Source: Lophium mytilinum
Lineage: Eukaryota
DNA: 64,000 bases
Assembly: GCA_010093605.1 (NCBI GenBank)
Contig: MU004181.1
Span: 1 to 64,000, forward strand
Direction of reading: 5' to 3'
The position numbers and the translations under genes are program-made. Shown one piece after another: positions 38,043 to 50,079 of the stretch. The first letter of the stretch is position 1, and each line of letters begins with the position of its first letter. The notes below the pieces were generated by a model that worked only from the letters and a program-made list of their open reading frames with translations, did not search any database and was not told the DNA's origin.

Positions 38043-38999
38043 ATCGTCCTAGCTCTTCGGTCGTCTTTGGGACTCAAATTTTGAAGAGTAGCCAGAGCTA
38101 ATTTCGCTCAAGACATCGGGATTGGCATCACCTATCTACTTGTCATGTCAACGAATCAAAAAGCTAGCATAAAACTCTTTTCCTACCGTGACTCCGCCAT
38201 CATGTTCTCAGTCATCATGCCCAGCTTCGTGATACACATTCTCGTAGAGTTCCATTCCTGCATACCTTTCAAGAGTGATTGATCGCCCGAGTCCTAACAC
38301 TGATAGGAGACTGCCAGTCTTTTACGACTGTAGGAAAATAATAACAAAGGAAGTCATGATGAAGACTCACGGAGAGAGCTTTACTACCAGGTTGAGAGGA
38401 CGGTGGTGTTGCGTGGGTTTTGGCTGATGGGGATGATTATCCTGGAGCAGATAGCTTGTGAATTTACTCTGCCTTTCGAGGGAAATTTGTTCCATGGGAA
38501 AGTCACGTGATGTTTCATAAACCTCGGCAGGAAATCACCGTCCAGAGCCGAGGGCCTAAAGCATGCATCGTATTTGCAATGGTATCGCGGTGGTATCAAG
38601 TTAGAAGATTGTCAGTGGCAAGATGGTCATATGATTGTCCAATGAGTACCATGTAACCATGTTCGATGCTTTGCAAGGCTTTGTTTAGTGCTCGATTGTC
38701 TCACAGACTGCTAGTGACTTGACTGCAAGCTATACGATGTCGCCAATACCTTCTAGGACAGATGAATAAGAGACTTTGCACAACCCACGCCTTCGTAAAC
38801 ATTACACGAAGTAAAAGTCCAGCTTACTGGCGTTCAATGCCCGGCCCATCCTATAGGAGTTTTAACTCAGAAGGAAGAGCATAGTGTCCTGTTTGAGAAT
38901 AACTGGGGATCCATACTCTTCAACTGAATCCTGGGAGCCAGTTCTTTGAAGGTGGATAACCCACATCATTGAGCCCTACGGTCTACGATTCACTACAGA

Positions 39000-40001
39000 T
39001 TAGCTTACTGCTTTTGGTACTCCTAGTATGCGGGTCAAGGTGTACTCACGATGCCTAGGCATTCTCAGTCTCGAATCGAGGGCGGCTACTCTAGTATTGA
39101 GATCCGAATTTGGTTCCGCACTCGAGCCCGGGTCTCCGCTACTCTCATAATCTTTGGATGGCTGCCTACCCTTCTTTGCCTCCAGCAAGACGTCAACAGC
39201 GAACGCAGGATACTCATTGATGAGCTCATCGAACCGCTCTTCGTCCACCAAGGCGCTCTGCCATGCCGCAGCCGCGATGGCGCGCCCCATATTCGTATTC
39301 GTTGCCAAAGCCGTCTCATAGAAACGTTCCACCGCGCGGGCCAGAGCCTTGCACTGCTGGTCGATGCCCTCCTTATATATATGGGCGCGGAGACCCGAAG
39401 AGCTAGGCCTGATACTCAATGCGGCGCTCGTGAATGCCAGCGCCCTGAAAGCTTGGAGGCCGTCATTGAGGTACTTTTGGGCCATGTTGTAGGTGTCAAT
39501 ATGGGTGTTCAAGGTCATAGCCTTGAGGTCTTCCTTGGAGACGGATGGTCCAATCTTGGCGATAGCATCTTCGACGGAGCGGAGCTTGTAATGACGCTCA
39601 TACATGAACTGGAGCATACAGTTGAAGACAGAGGGATCGTCTTCGTGGATATCGATGACTTGAGTAGACGCTTCCTTTACGTACGTCAGACACTACCGAG
39701 GGGAGCGAGCGGAAAGGTATTGCCGTACCTTGAAACTGCCTTTGAGGGCCCTCTCGAACCACATTGACTGCTGGCATAGGATCACACGGTGCGCTTTGTA
39801 CTCGTCGAAAGCGCCGTCAGGCTCTCTACCTGGGTAATGAACACGGAGCATGACGTCGGAGAAACCGGCATCTGGAGAGAATCTACTGTTTTTCCATGAC
39901 ATTAGATTCCGGCGGAGGTGGGAACAAGATGGATTGCAAGGATTACTGGCTTACCTCTCGTGAATGATCTCAGCCATGTTGCCCTGGTTGATCTCGGCCA
40001 T
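39000..40001 (-). CDS. BTB/POZ domain protein 1; exons 40001-39955, 39882-39729, 39674-39000
   Basis: FSDVMLRV...YKAHRVILCQQSMWFERALKGSFK|EASTQVIDIHEDDPSVFNCMLQFMY and MAQKYL. Confidence 0.9.
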
Positions 40002-40833
40002 ATGGCGCTGGTTGGTGTGGTTGTACGGAGCGTGGAGGAGAAGGAGCAGCTAAGTGTTTCAGTTGTTGGAAGCCCATTAGCGTGGTCAGCCAGCGCGCTT
40101 GCCAAACAGTATTTCATCATCCTAGAGCTTTCCATGTTTTCATTCACTAATTAACAGGAACAACGGAATCATCTTGTGGCTACATCATCGTCATGATCAC
40201 GCTCTACCATGTTATCTCCATGTGACATTGTGGTTCTCCTAGAGTCGCTCATGCTCTACCATGCAACTCAACCTTGACTCCCATTATGTTGATTTCCACG
40301 TGACACCAATTAGGAGTAGACAGTATAGATTTCAAGGTGAGATCGAGCTCCTTGGTGGTGCAAACCTGGCTCTTCGCACTTGCATCTATTACTAAGACCT
40401 ATCCGAAAGTCTTCAGCATGAGGTCCTTCAATGAGCACAAAGACTGCGCATTCCATTAGGTTTACACATGCCCCTGACAAGACAACCTTGCGCCATTTTC
40501 ATCCGTGGCCATCATCTGGATATTATCAACCATGTCGCCTCGCGGACGCCTTGGCATTTTTCCGGTGTTCTTTGTGGGCGACATCGTGTCTGATTCTACG
40601 ATGATACACGGTGAGTTTGCGTCGGTCGCCAAACGAATGGTCATGAGGCATCTGGCAAGCAGGAAGATAGCATAATGGCGAGAGGTTATCTATGTCCAGT
40701 AATGGCTGGCTTTATCAATCTCTGCTAACGATGAGACGACCAGGTCCGCAGTAGCCCATGGTGATGAATCGCATAACTGCTATCCCAAGCAATGGCGCCA
40801 GTGCCTCCGCTCGAGTTTGCCCTGTTACAGCCT

Positions 40834-41597
40834 CTACCACACCTGTGGAGCCCGGAACAGCGCCCTTCGCGCCGCCTCTCCGACTACATGCACCGAGAAC
40901 GTCGGCAGGTCCTCCGCTATCTTCTCGAACTAGGGCAAGCGCGTTAGATCCACCGCAAGCACGACCATAGCCATTGTTCTGCCCATCTCCGACTTCTTCG
41001 ACACCTCGTTAGCGTAGAAATACCTAACGATTCCCCAGAAAGAGTCAATCACGGATCGTCCATGCAGCGTCTCCTTTGCCTCTTTGAGAAACGATCCGGC
41101 AACGATTCCGAATTTGTCGGCGGCTTGAGTCTGAACTTTCTCGAAGAGATACTTGTCTGCCATCTGAAATATCTCGACCAGACGAGTCATGTAGTCGAGC
41201 TGAGGCTCATCGGTTCCGTGGGTGAGGTGGCGGGTGTAGTCGCCCTCCCGCTCGTATATGCATTTGAGCATGATCTCGAAGATAGCGGGGCTATCTTCAT
41301 AGACCTCCACGGTATCCGCATTCGCCTCCTAACGATCATTAGCGGTTGATTAAAGGAGCAGCAAATAGAGCACGCGATGCGGCACGGACCTTGAAGTTGT
41401 TGAGAAAAGTAGCTTCGAAGTAATTCGTAGCCCAGCATAGCACTACGCGGTGAGCATAGTAGTCCTTCTGGCTGTTCTCGTTCTTGACGCGGAGGATAAC
41501 GTCCGATAGTTTAGGATCATTGAAAACGCTACGGGTATTATGGTAGACAGATTTCCCTGGTGTATTGATGTGCTCTGGCTTACATGCCAGGGGCCAT
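40834..41597 (-). CDS. BTB/POZ domain protein 2 with an in-frame TAG at 40930-40932 (truncated allele or pseudogene); exons 41597-41584, 41528-41390, 41328-40834
   Basis: FNDPKLSDVILRV...YAHRVVLCWATNYF...NNFK|EANADTVEVYEDSPAIFEIMLKCIY and MADKYL. Homology continues past the TAG (FEKIAEDLPTFSVHV). Confidence 0.85.
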
Positions 41598-42973
41598 GTC
41601 TTTTTTCTTTGCCAACAGGAATAGGAAATGGACGTTGAAATAGTTATGTTGATAGTAATATTTATGGTGAGAGATATGGCTGAGGTTGTGGGTGTGGGTG
41701 TGAGTACGGGGGTGCGGGATTGAAGGTCGAGAAGGCCTGTAGGAAGAGCTATAAAAATAGAGGAGGAGGCCATCTACCTCAGTGGAGAGATACTTGATGA
41801 ATAACTATGGGTTGAAGTGAATTTATATCTTCCCGTTCACAGTTGAGCCTGCCGTGAAGATTTTGCCGATATTGCGAAACAAGATGTTCTAGGTCACGAA
41901 GACGCCCCTCGTAGATATACACGTTCTTGAGCGTTTGCTTACGCATTAGTTTCTAGAAGGTGACAAGCGTGTAGGCAATGCCTGAAAATCGAAGTCATAA
42001 ACGATTCAGATGAAAACTCTTTAATTCAAGCAATTCCCCGTTCGATTGAGACCTCAAGATAGCCATATGCTGTTTTGCATCTTGAAGCCTTGATCAATTT
42101 CCATTGCTTGCGTATACACTATTAAACCATATCAGCACTACGAAAACTTATTTTTACGAAGCTGACAAAATCTAAACTCGATTACCGGACGTATTCCATG
42201 CTTTCAGAACTGCAATTCGAAATGGCTGAGACTATAGCGATGCACTCACGTGCCCACACAAGAGTAAAGTGCTGGAGGACCATCCGCACCGCGAGCAGAA
42301 TGTGAATGTTCTACCTCAGTGAGGAAGGCGGATATGCATCAAGATCGCTTTTGTGGGCAGCTCTCTCGACTGGAATGTATACAGAAGCTGTATGTAGTGG
42401 ATGAAGTGTTCGCATACTATTCTTTGAAACATCGTCAAAGGCTCAAGGACTGACGAGAGGGAGGCCTGCTTGATTATCTAGTTGTAATGAATTGGGTCAA
42501 GCCTTCACTAGAGATGGAGAAGGAGTCGAGAAAGGGGAATACGTTAGCGGAGATTTCGGTGGGTCTTTCGATGGGACGGAGAAATCCACTGGTTGGGGAA
42601 GATCAGTGATCGGTTTGGAGTCGGGTTCAAACCTGATCAGGAGTTTGAATGTGAAGTGGGACATCGAAAGAGCCGAGTCTAGCGTTTAGATGATGAGAGA
42701 AAGACTCAGGATAGGAATGATACGAAGAAAGCTCTCACTTCAATTCATCTCTGTGTAGATGGAGATGTCCCGTCTTGATCAAGTCCAGGATTGACGGCCT
42801 CTGAATGAAATACACGCTTTGTAGTGGAATGTCAGACCGTAGGGGACATTCATCTGGCCTCACAATAGCTACGAAGACGAAAAACCTAAAGAATGGGCTA
42901 GATAAGTCCTATACACGGATGAAATATGAGTTCCCATTGACATTGTGCTACATGACTCACCATGTACTACTCT

Positions 42974-43815
42974 TCAACGTTTGAACTTGTAATGTCTTCC
43001 TGTCATTTCGACATGCAAGCCCTGCTGGCACCCCGAATCCGACCCAGTCAACCCGCAGCAGTCCCAGATATACATATCTAGCGATGCACCACAGGCATTG
43101 GTGACATATCAGCGTCTTGAGGAAGTTGGTCCCAAACGTCATCGTATTTGTTCCAAGGTCTCAGAAAGCCTGTTTTGAGTCAGCCAAAAATTACAGGCCA
43201 TCCTCTTTCGAGTTGCATCCTAGTCTTACCGGGATGATACGAGCACTCATCTTCTCTCCCTGATGTATTGCCATCGAACTGCTCATTGCAATTATGACAT
43301 ACCGCGTTGACAACGAATACCGGGGCCGGCGGCGGAACCGTCGACCGTGTTCCCGGAGGAATAGGTCGAGGTCGATAATCGTCATCGGTCACTGGTATCT
43401 TGTTCAACTTGAGCCCGGCAATCCTCGCGGGACCAACAGCCGTGTCCTCTTGCTCAGCATCCGGGTCCGCAAACCTCAGCCACTCCATAACTTCTACAGG
43501 CAGTGGGTTCTTTCTCGGACTCAAATATTCCTTCACCCTATCGACCATCTCCGGAGACGCGTCTTGCATCGCCAGAATGAACGCGTATCGGGCCATATGC
43601 TGCCCCGCGTAGGCAATGTGGTCTGAAATATCCCAGGAGTAATCGTCTAGGGGCACGTTCTTGAACGGATTGCGGCGAATTTTTGCAACTTGGTCGCCAT
43701 AGTCGTCCTCGACATCGTACATATGGTCGAGCATGTCTTCGGCCTGCGCGTCGAATCGGGCACGCTGTGTGATAGTTTGATTGGCTCGATATCCGGGTAT
43801 GGCGCGTGGAGACAT
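42974..43815 (-). pseudogene. Cys/His-rich zinc-binding protein (CxxC...CxYHPG...WxCC...GC...H type), frameshifted in exon 2; intron 43229-43170
   Basis: CHNCNEQF...CSYHPG in exon 1. The spliced frame stops at 43080-43078, while YIWDCCGLTGSDSGCQQGLH lies in a shifted frame ending at 42974. Confidence 0.7.
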
Positions 43816-45224
43816 GGCGGCGACCACGTTTTGGAGAGGAGGATAGTGTTGCGTGGAGGGAGGACAGGCGGGAGTGTAGGTGCGAGAAGAAAGATGAGCG
43901 GAATGAGGGGTAGATGTGGCTGAATCCTTAGCGCGGCATAAAAAAGCAATTACTCGGAGAGCTCCGGGCGCGTAATGATGAGGCTGCTCGGCGCTTAGTT
44001 GAAAATGTATTGAGTGCGATATCTTCCATCAAGACACTTAGTTGCACCGTGTTGAGATGGAAATTGGATAGAGTGAATGCTCTTGAGGGCAGAGCTTAGA
44101 TGAGAACTGGAGATTAATGATTGATTTGGGTACGAAGTGGTGACGGGGAACCGTCTCCGTGAGACTTTTATGTGCGAAGTGATGGTTTCATAATCACGTG
44201 GCTGGGACAGATCTCAGCGCTCCTCTTTTGACCACCCTTCTCTGGCTTCGAAAGTGAACGGGGCAAGCGGGTTTCTTGCGGTTGCCCTTAGGTAGTATTG
44301 GTAGTCTTATTCAACTACCTATTCAGAGTTCGACGTAGTTCGCGATCGATTCCTCTGCGTCGTTCCAGGCATTGTTGGCGATTGCAACGTCGCGCGATAG
44401 GGACTCGGCATTTGGGGGATTTGGAGCTGGCATTGCGACGGTCACAAATAAGACGCTCTAATGTAATTGATGATTGAAAATGGAGTGGACAACGCGTGAG
44501 ACTTGAGGTTGTTGTCAGCTCGTAGTCCCTAGCGCGTTCGCGTGAGCACGTGACCTCTTTGACATCAAAATTTGCTATGAGATTTTCCAAAACGTGGCAT
44601 CTCCTATTGCAAAGACATTAAGCTGTAACTTGTCTGGATTCCGAAGGCAGTTTAGAATATACTGTGAATAAGTACCTGAGCAGCTCTATCACAAACATCC
44701 ACGTAACAACCCATTCAATACCTCCAAGTCTCAAGAAGTTAACTTTCAGATCTCAACCTTGACACTCCGCTACCATGGATCAAGACGTTCCTGGGTGTAC
44801 CAGCACGTTTCTCAATCCAAATGAAACCGAGCTCTCACAGTAATACCTCAGTTCTGTGGTGGATTGCCAATAAGCTTTGCGTTAAATAGTCTTGGTCCGC
44901 TAGAAAAACAGGATTGGTAAAAGTAATAGCAACATTGCTACTGGCTTCGCTCGAGGATCTCAACTGCTTTAGAATTCTCTTACAACTTGAGTGTTTCGTG
45001 CTATATCATCAAAATTTCGAGCTCCAGAGTTGACCCCGCCAAGCTTTGCCCATCTAGGAAGGTCGGCGGCTCGTTCGCTTATCGCTTAGCCAAACCCTCT
45101 TAATATCTTCCGCCAATCACTAATCGCTCTGACTCAAACCTTCCGCCCTTTGACTCAACACCATCAGTAAAAGTCCATACATAAGCTCTTCGAGAATCCG
45201 GGATTCCTCGCCATCATCGCCAAG

Positions 45225-46171
45225 ATGGGTTCAACCAACTCCCCCCCGAAGATACAGCTCGACAAAAACTCTTCACCGTTCATTCGCCTGCCCGCCCCGC
45301 ACGACCACATCATCCTCACTCCACCCCGGCCAACAGACGGTCCCGGAATGATCGAGATGCACAACGATCCCGCCATCTACATGAACCTTTACTCGCCTCC
45401 ATTCCCGTTCACCCAGGAGAGCTTCGAGGACTTCTACCCCATCATGTCTGGAACGACGCAGAAGGCGTGGGAGGAGTACCTGGAGGTCGTGAAATGGAGG
45501 GAGGAGCGGGATCGGGCTGTCGCAGAGCGGAAAGAAGTAGAGGGGAGCGAGAAGTGGGTGAGTGCGGGGCTACCGGTGACGTGTATCCGAGTGGCGAAGG
45601 AAGTGGTCACCGGGGAGGAGAAGATGCTAGGGGATTTCACGATCAAGAGAAGAAGATTTGCGAAGATTCAGGACCCAGAGGCGAGGGCGAAGCGGAAGGC
45701 AGAGAATGATGCATTGCCGGCTGGCGATCCGGCAATCGAGTGGGAGCTTGGTTGTAAGTGCTGCCATACGTTTATCTCGTCCGATTGTCTTTCGTCTTCT
45801 CGCATCATTCCAATTTCTAAATTTTACCCCATCGTTACTTTTTCCATAGCTTCTCAAACAACCCAAGTCTTCCTAGCCGTTTGATCCTGACCAGTCTTCT
45901 AGTCTACCTCTCCTCCACCCTCCACGGTCAAGGCGTGATGCCGGCCGTCCTCCGCACGATGATCCAGGCTTTCTTCATCCCGTTCATGAACACGCACCAA
46001 ATCTCTGGCGGCTTCTTCATCCACAACAATGCTAGTAGGAGAGTGTTTGAGAAGAACGGCTTCGTTTTCACAGGTGCCGTTCCTAATGTGTTCGAGATTG
46101 CTGAAAGCAAGGCTGGCGCGAAGGGAAAATGGGTCGATCTGGGGATTATGGAGTGGAAAAAGCCGGCCTGA
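45225..46171 (+). CDS. GNAT-family (RimJ/RimL-like) acetyltransferase; exons 45225-45753, 45903-46171
   Basis: Spliced WELGFYLSSTLHGQGVM (acetyl-CoA motif A) and NNASRRVFEKNGF (motif B). Confidence 0.9.
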
Positions 46172-46875
46172 GGTTCTGTTGATATCTCTCCTAGCCTTTT
46201 CTCTTCTTCTTACAGTGCTGGACTGTTTCTTTCCTCCGGGTTGATAGGATTGATCCCGCGGTAGGGCCTGTATCACGTGCTATGCAGTTCAAAATCATGT
46301 CAGGGCGTTCTAAGGTGCTTGAATAACTCTCCTAATATCAATCTTCATTCTCTTGTGGTCTCAATCAGATTCAACTAGCTGTTCTGGATCCTCCTATTGT
46401 TTGAGGGAAGGTCACGTGCTCTTCCCGCTGTCTACCCCCGAAATGCAGAATCGCGGTAATGACTCGCACATCTTGCCGTCATCTCTCCAGCCCTTGACGC
46501 TTCGACCTCAATACTAACACCAACCCCCGAAATCACCGCACTCACAAATTTCGACAGCATGACCAGAGCAAAACAAGCTGCGCACTGAAAACCTCCGTCG
46601 ATGCCCAGCGCGCGCGCCACTACGCAATCTATGGCGCGCTCGAGAGCTCCTGGTGATCACCTCAACTCCACTACACGAAGCGCGCCTGGATCTTCACCTA
46701 CCAGACAGCTAAATCCAGACATAATGCTGGGAGCATCAGCCCACGTGTCGCCTTTCAAGCGGTAGAGCTATGGACTAGCAGAGAGGTACCTTATGACGAT
46801 ATCTATTGAACGGCTAGCGCACTAGCACGAAATCTCATACTCAATGGCTATCTTGATCAAACTGTTAAGTCTCCT

Positions 46876-47652
46876 TCAACGTACTCCAACAACGAGAGAA
46901 GGCCATTCCGACAACATGAGATCTCTCAAATGTTCAACCAGGTCCTTTCCCTGGTCCCTGCTCTCAAGCCTCAAGACACAGTACTCAAAGACACGCATGG
47001 GGTATTCCTTCGCCGTTACTTCCTCGGTCGTTATTCCCTCCGTGGCTTTCTCCTCCGCCGCCGTTTCTAGCAAATCGAGGAGCGCTTGCTCCATCTCTCG
47101 AATCAACTCCTTCTCCCAATCGAACTGAAGGACACAACTGTACTCATACAATAGCGCAACAAAAGCAGCCATAGATCCCACGTAGTCGTCTCTGTATTCC
47201 TGTCCAAGCCTCTGCAGCAACAGGTCTTGTATGTCTCCCTTGAGGTAGATGTCGTCCGATGTAGCGTAGAGGATGCACAAAAGCTTAGCACAGAGGTCGG
47301 TCCAAGAGAGCCATAACTCCAAAGTTGCACCTTTCCCTTTCATAGCGCTTTCGACAATCGCTTCGACCACAATTTGGGTATATGGCCTGGCCTCCGATTT
47401 CTGCTCAAAGTAGATGTAGCATCCACGCAGCTCACGAGCTAGCAATCGGGCGTACATGATCGTGTCAAAAACGTTTCCAAAGCCCTTTGCCCTGTAACAT
47501 AAGATGGGAAGACATTTTACTTGATCGGATACGCGAGCGCGGAATTCCTCTAATCGTGGGGGCTGGGCGGGTGTGGGTGGAGCAAGATTTGTGCCAATCC
47601 ATATTCCAAAAAGTTTAACAGGAGTTATCTGGCGAGAAGGCTCTTGTGACAT
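46876..47652 (-). CDS. Hypothetical protein (258 aa), possibly a highly diverged BTB-like protein
   Basis: Clean ATG ORF. LPILCYRAKGF, LYATSDDIYLKGDIQDLLLQRL and KEYPM weakly parallel the motif order of the neighbouring BTB genes. Confidence 0.6.
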   Translation of the reverse strand: MSQEPSRQITPVKLFGIWIGTNLAPPTPAQPPRLEEFRARVSDQVKCLPILCYRAKGFGNVFDTIMYARLLARELRGCYIYFEQKSEARPYTQIVVEAIVESAMKGKGATLELWLSWTDLCAKLLCILYATSDDIYLKGDIQDLLLQRLGQEYRDDYVGSMAAFVALLYEYSCVLQFDWEKELIREMEQALLDLLETAAEEKATEGITTEEVTAKEYPMRVFEYCVLRLESRDQGKDLVEHLRDLMLSEWPSLVVGVR

Positions 47653-48607
47653 CCTATGTAGGAAGACACGCTTCGATACTGTTGTGTTGGAGGAGGCGAA
47701 ATCGTGAAATGACCCTGATTTACGTGTGGGTGGCAGGGTCTGAAATACCTAAAGAAATGTGGTACACGACACTACAAACCAAAAGACTTAAAGCCTCCAC
47801 ATATTGTCCAACACAAACCAATTTTTTCCATTCTCTCTTTCAGAGAGCGTGTTATACGCAAACCAAGTTTGCGAGGTGAGTATGCCCTGGAAGACACCGC
47901 AATTGCTCCAATATAGTCAAAACGCAATGACCTGGAGGCCAATTTCTTAGTAGTGAGCTCCGTCTATTCCAAACACTATGTGCGCACTCTGGCACAGACA
48001 GAATTAAAGGAGCCACATGGCATCCCCTTGGGAGAGTCCTCCAAATTGAAAGTTCGACGCAGGCTGGGCAGCAGAATGTGCAAGGCTAGTCAATCAAAAA
48101 GTGAGCAGGACATTAATCAGCAAGTTGAGATCCTACAAGTGGATTTGCTGCTTCCTAGAGATCACTGTCAGGAGGGCGCCAACATATCATTTCAACCCAT
48201 TAGCAATTGCACATGCATAAGATCTTAGATCGAGATGGGGAATTCGAGGGGATATAATACCGTAGCCGACGAGCCGTGGCTCTGAGACACTGGTATTGAG
48301 CACCTAATCAAAGATTTCATGATGTGTCTATGGCACTGTAAGGAGGCTGTCAAGGATCGCTTTCGATCTACTCGCATCAGCAAAGATGCGATATTTCAGA
48401 TTGGAACTCTCTATTGGATATTGGATGTAGGCTAATACTCGAGACCTGGGCAACAAGGATGGAAGCCTATCGTTCCATGATCGTCCAGGAGTTACCCAGC
48501 ATATTGTGGATGCCCCGCCAAGCCCAATTTGAGAGACGCCCGAGAAGGGTTCTCGAATTTAGTAGCAACGATCCGCCTCTGGAATTGAGCCCATCTGCCC
48601 AAGCCAT

Positions 48608-49292
48608 CTACGACATGACGCACTGTGATGGAGCGGGCGAGAAGCTCTCCTTCCCGCGAAGCAGAGTCTCCGTAATGACCCTACCGATTGGGCTGTTGAT
48701 GTCCACATTCTTCTCATAGAGCGTTCGATAGGTTGTGGCGAACTTCTGGATCTCGCTGAGTGAGCAGGCGGACAGATCCTTGCGGTATACCTTAGCGGAA
48801 GCTTTCTGCAGGCGAGGAACCTTGTACTCTTGCGCCCACAGCGAGATAAGAATGTGGGTGATGAGCTTGTTCCCATTCGTGTCAGTGGGTAGAGCGGGTG
48901 GGTAGCGATCGGTGTAGAAGTAGCGGATGCACTTCTCGACGATTGAGAGGCTATGGTTCTTGATTTCGAAGACGTTCTCGTGGGGGTCCTACATTGTTGT
49001 TAAACATTACTCCGTCCATACAAGGATGTTCTTCGGAAATTCATTACTCACCTTTGACGGGGCAATCGACCACTTTCTGAACATGCCAGAGAGCTTGTAG
49101 AGGAATGCACGATGGGCGTAGATCTCTTTGACCTTTCCTTGATAGTGGATACGGATCTTCATATCCGCAAAGAGGGCTTCATTGTAAAGGCTATGGGCGG
49201 CCTAGTCAGCTAATATAATGGATCGGATGGTGCAAAAGCAAAGATTGGGGAACTTACTCCTCGCAGTCGTCCATGAATGCGAGAGTGGACAT
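48608..49292 (-). CDS. BTB/POZ domain protein 3 (divergent; missed by the ORF track); exons 49292-49258, 49190-49052, 48988-48608
   Basis: Spliced LYNEALFADMKIRIHYQGKVKEIYAHRAFLYKLSGMF...K|DPHENVFEIKNHSLSIVEKCIRYFY, WAQEYKVPRL and SPIGRVI. The C-terminus may be truncated. Confidence 0.8.
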
Positions 49293-50079
49293 CCTTGTGG
49301 TTAGACCAGTAAGTCGGATTGAGAATCTTGTGGTGGGGGTGAAGAAAAGAGTTGTGATGTGGTGTGTGGGAGAAGGGAGAGATGCAAATGAGGAGAGGCT
49401 GGTCGACGCTTCAAGGGGTAGTTATTTTAAGAGTGAAAGTGCTCAGCCTGAGGTACTCAGATTAAGAATTCACGGCTCTGGTCCTTGATCTAGCATCGCA
49501 TATTACCATTCACTCTTGTCATTCATCTCATCGGACGCGTCCGCTCTCGCCCTTTAAGTGGTTTCGTTGCCATTTCCATCATTGAGCACCCATTTCCCTA
49601 GCCCAAAGTAGGATTATGCGAGTTACCATTGAGGTGATCGTGTAGAAGCTGGACACTTCGGGGTAGCGAAACGTCGCCCTTCTCATTGAAATGAGTATCA
49701 AGTGCCGTGTTCCTTGCATTTGCCTTGCCATCGTAAGAGGTGGCTTAAGGAGGTGATTTAGTTTGGAGTCCTATGTCAAGGAGGACTATCCAAGAAGCAC
49801 ATCTAACGCCCATGGGTTCGAATTAAGGCCTCTTACGAGTATACAATCTCTTGACGTCTGATATACATCCTATACACTCTTACATCATGTTCATAAATCT
49901 CACGGCTCTATGGAGGCCCCTGAACGATGGTATCACACTTGCTGAAAATGCTCGAACCCGCTGTTTCTCCACAATTGATTCACGCTGCAGTGCTATATAT
50001 AATTGTCTCTACGCGGTTTATAGATGCACAAGGGTCGTCATGCGGCGATATAGTATGCCACCGACGTTCTTATCTTCTG

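Noticed and set aside
40195..40310. Short direct repeats (GCTCTACCATG twice, CCAYGTGACA twice) upstream of BTB gene 1
   Set aside because: Too short and too few to distinguish from chance or ordinary promoter motifs.
49810..49830. GGTTCGAATT B-box/T-loop-like motif
   Set aside because: No cloverleaf, acceptor stem or terminator around it, so it is not called as a tRNA.
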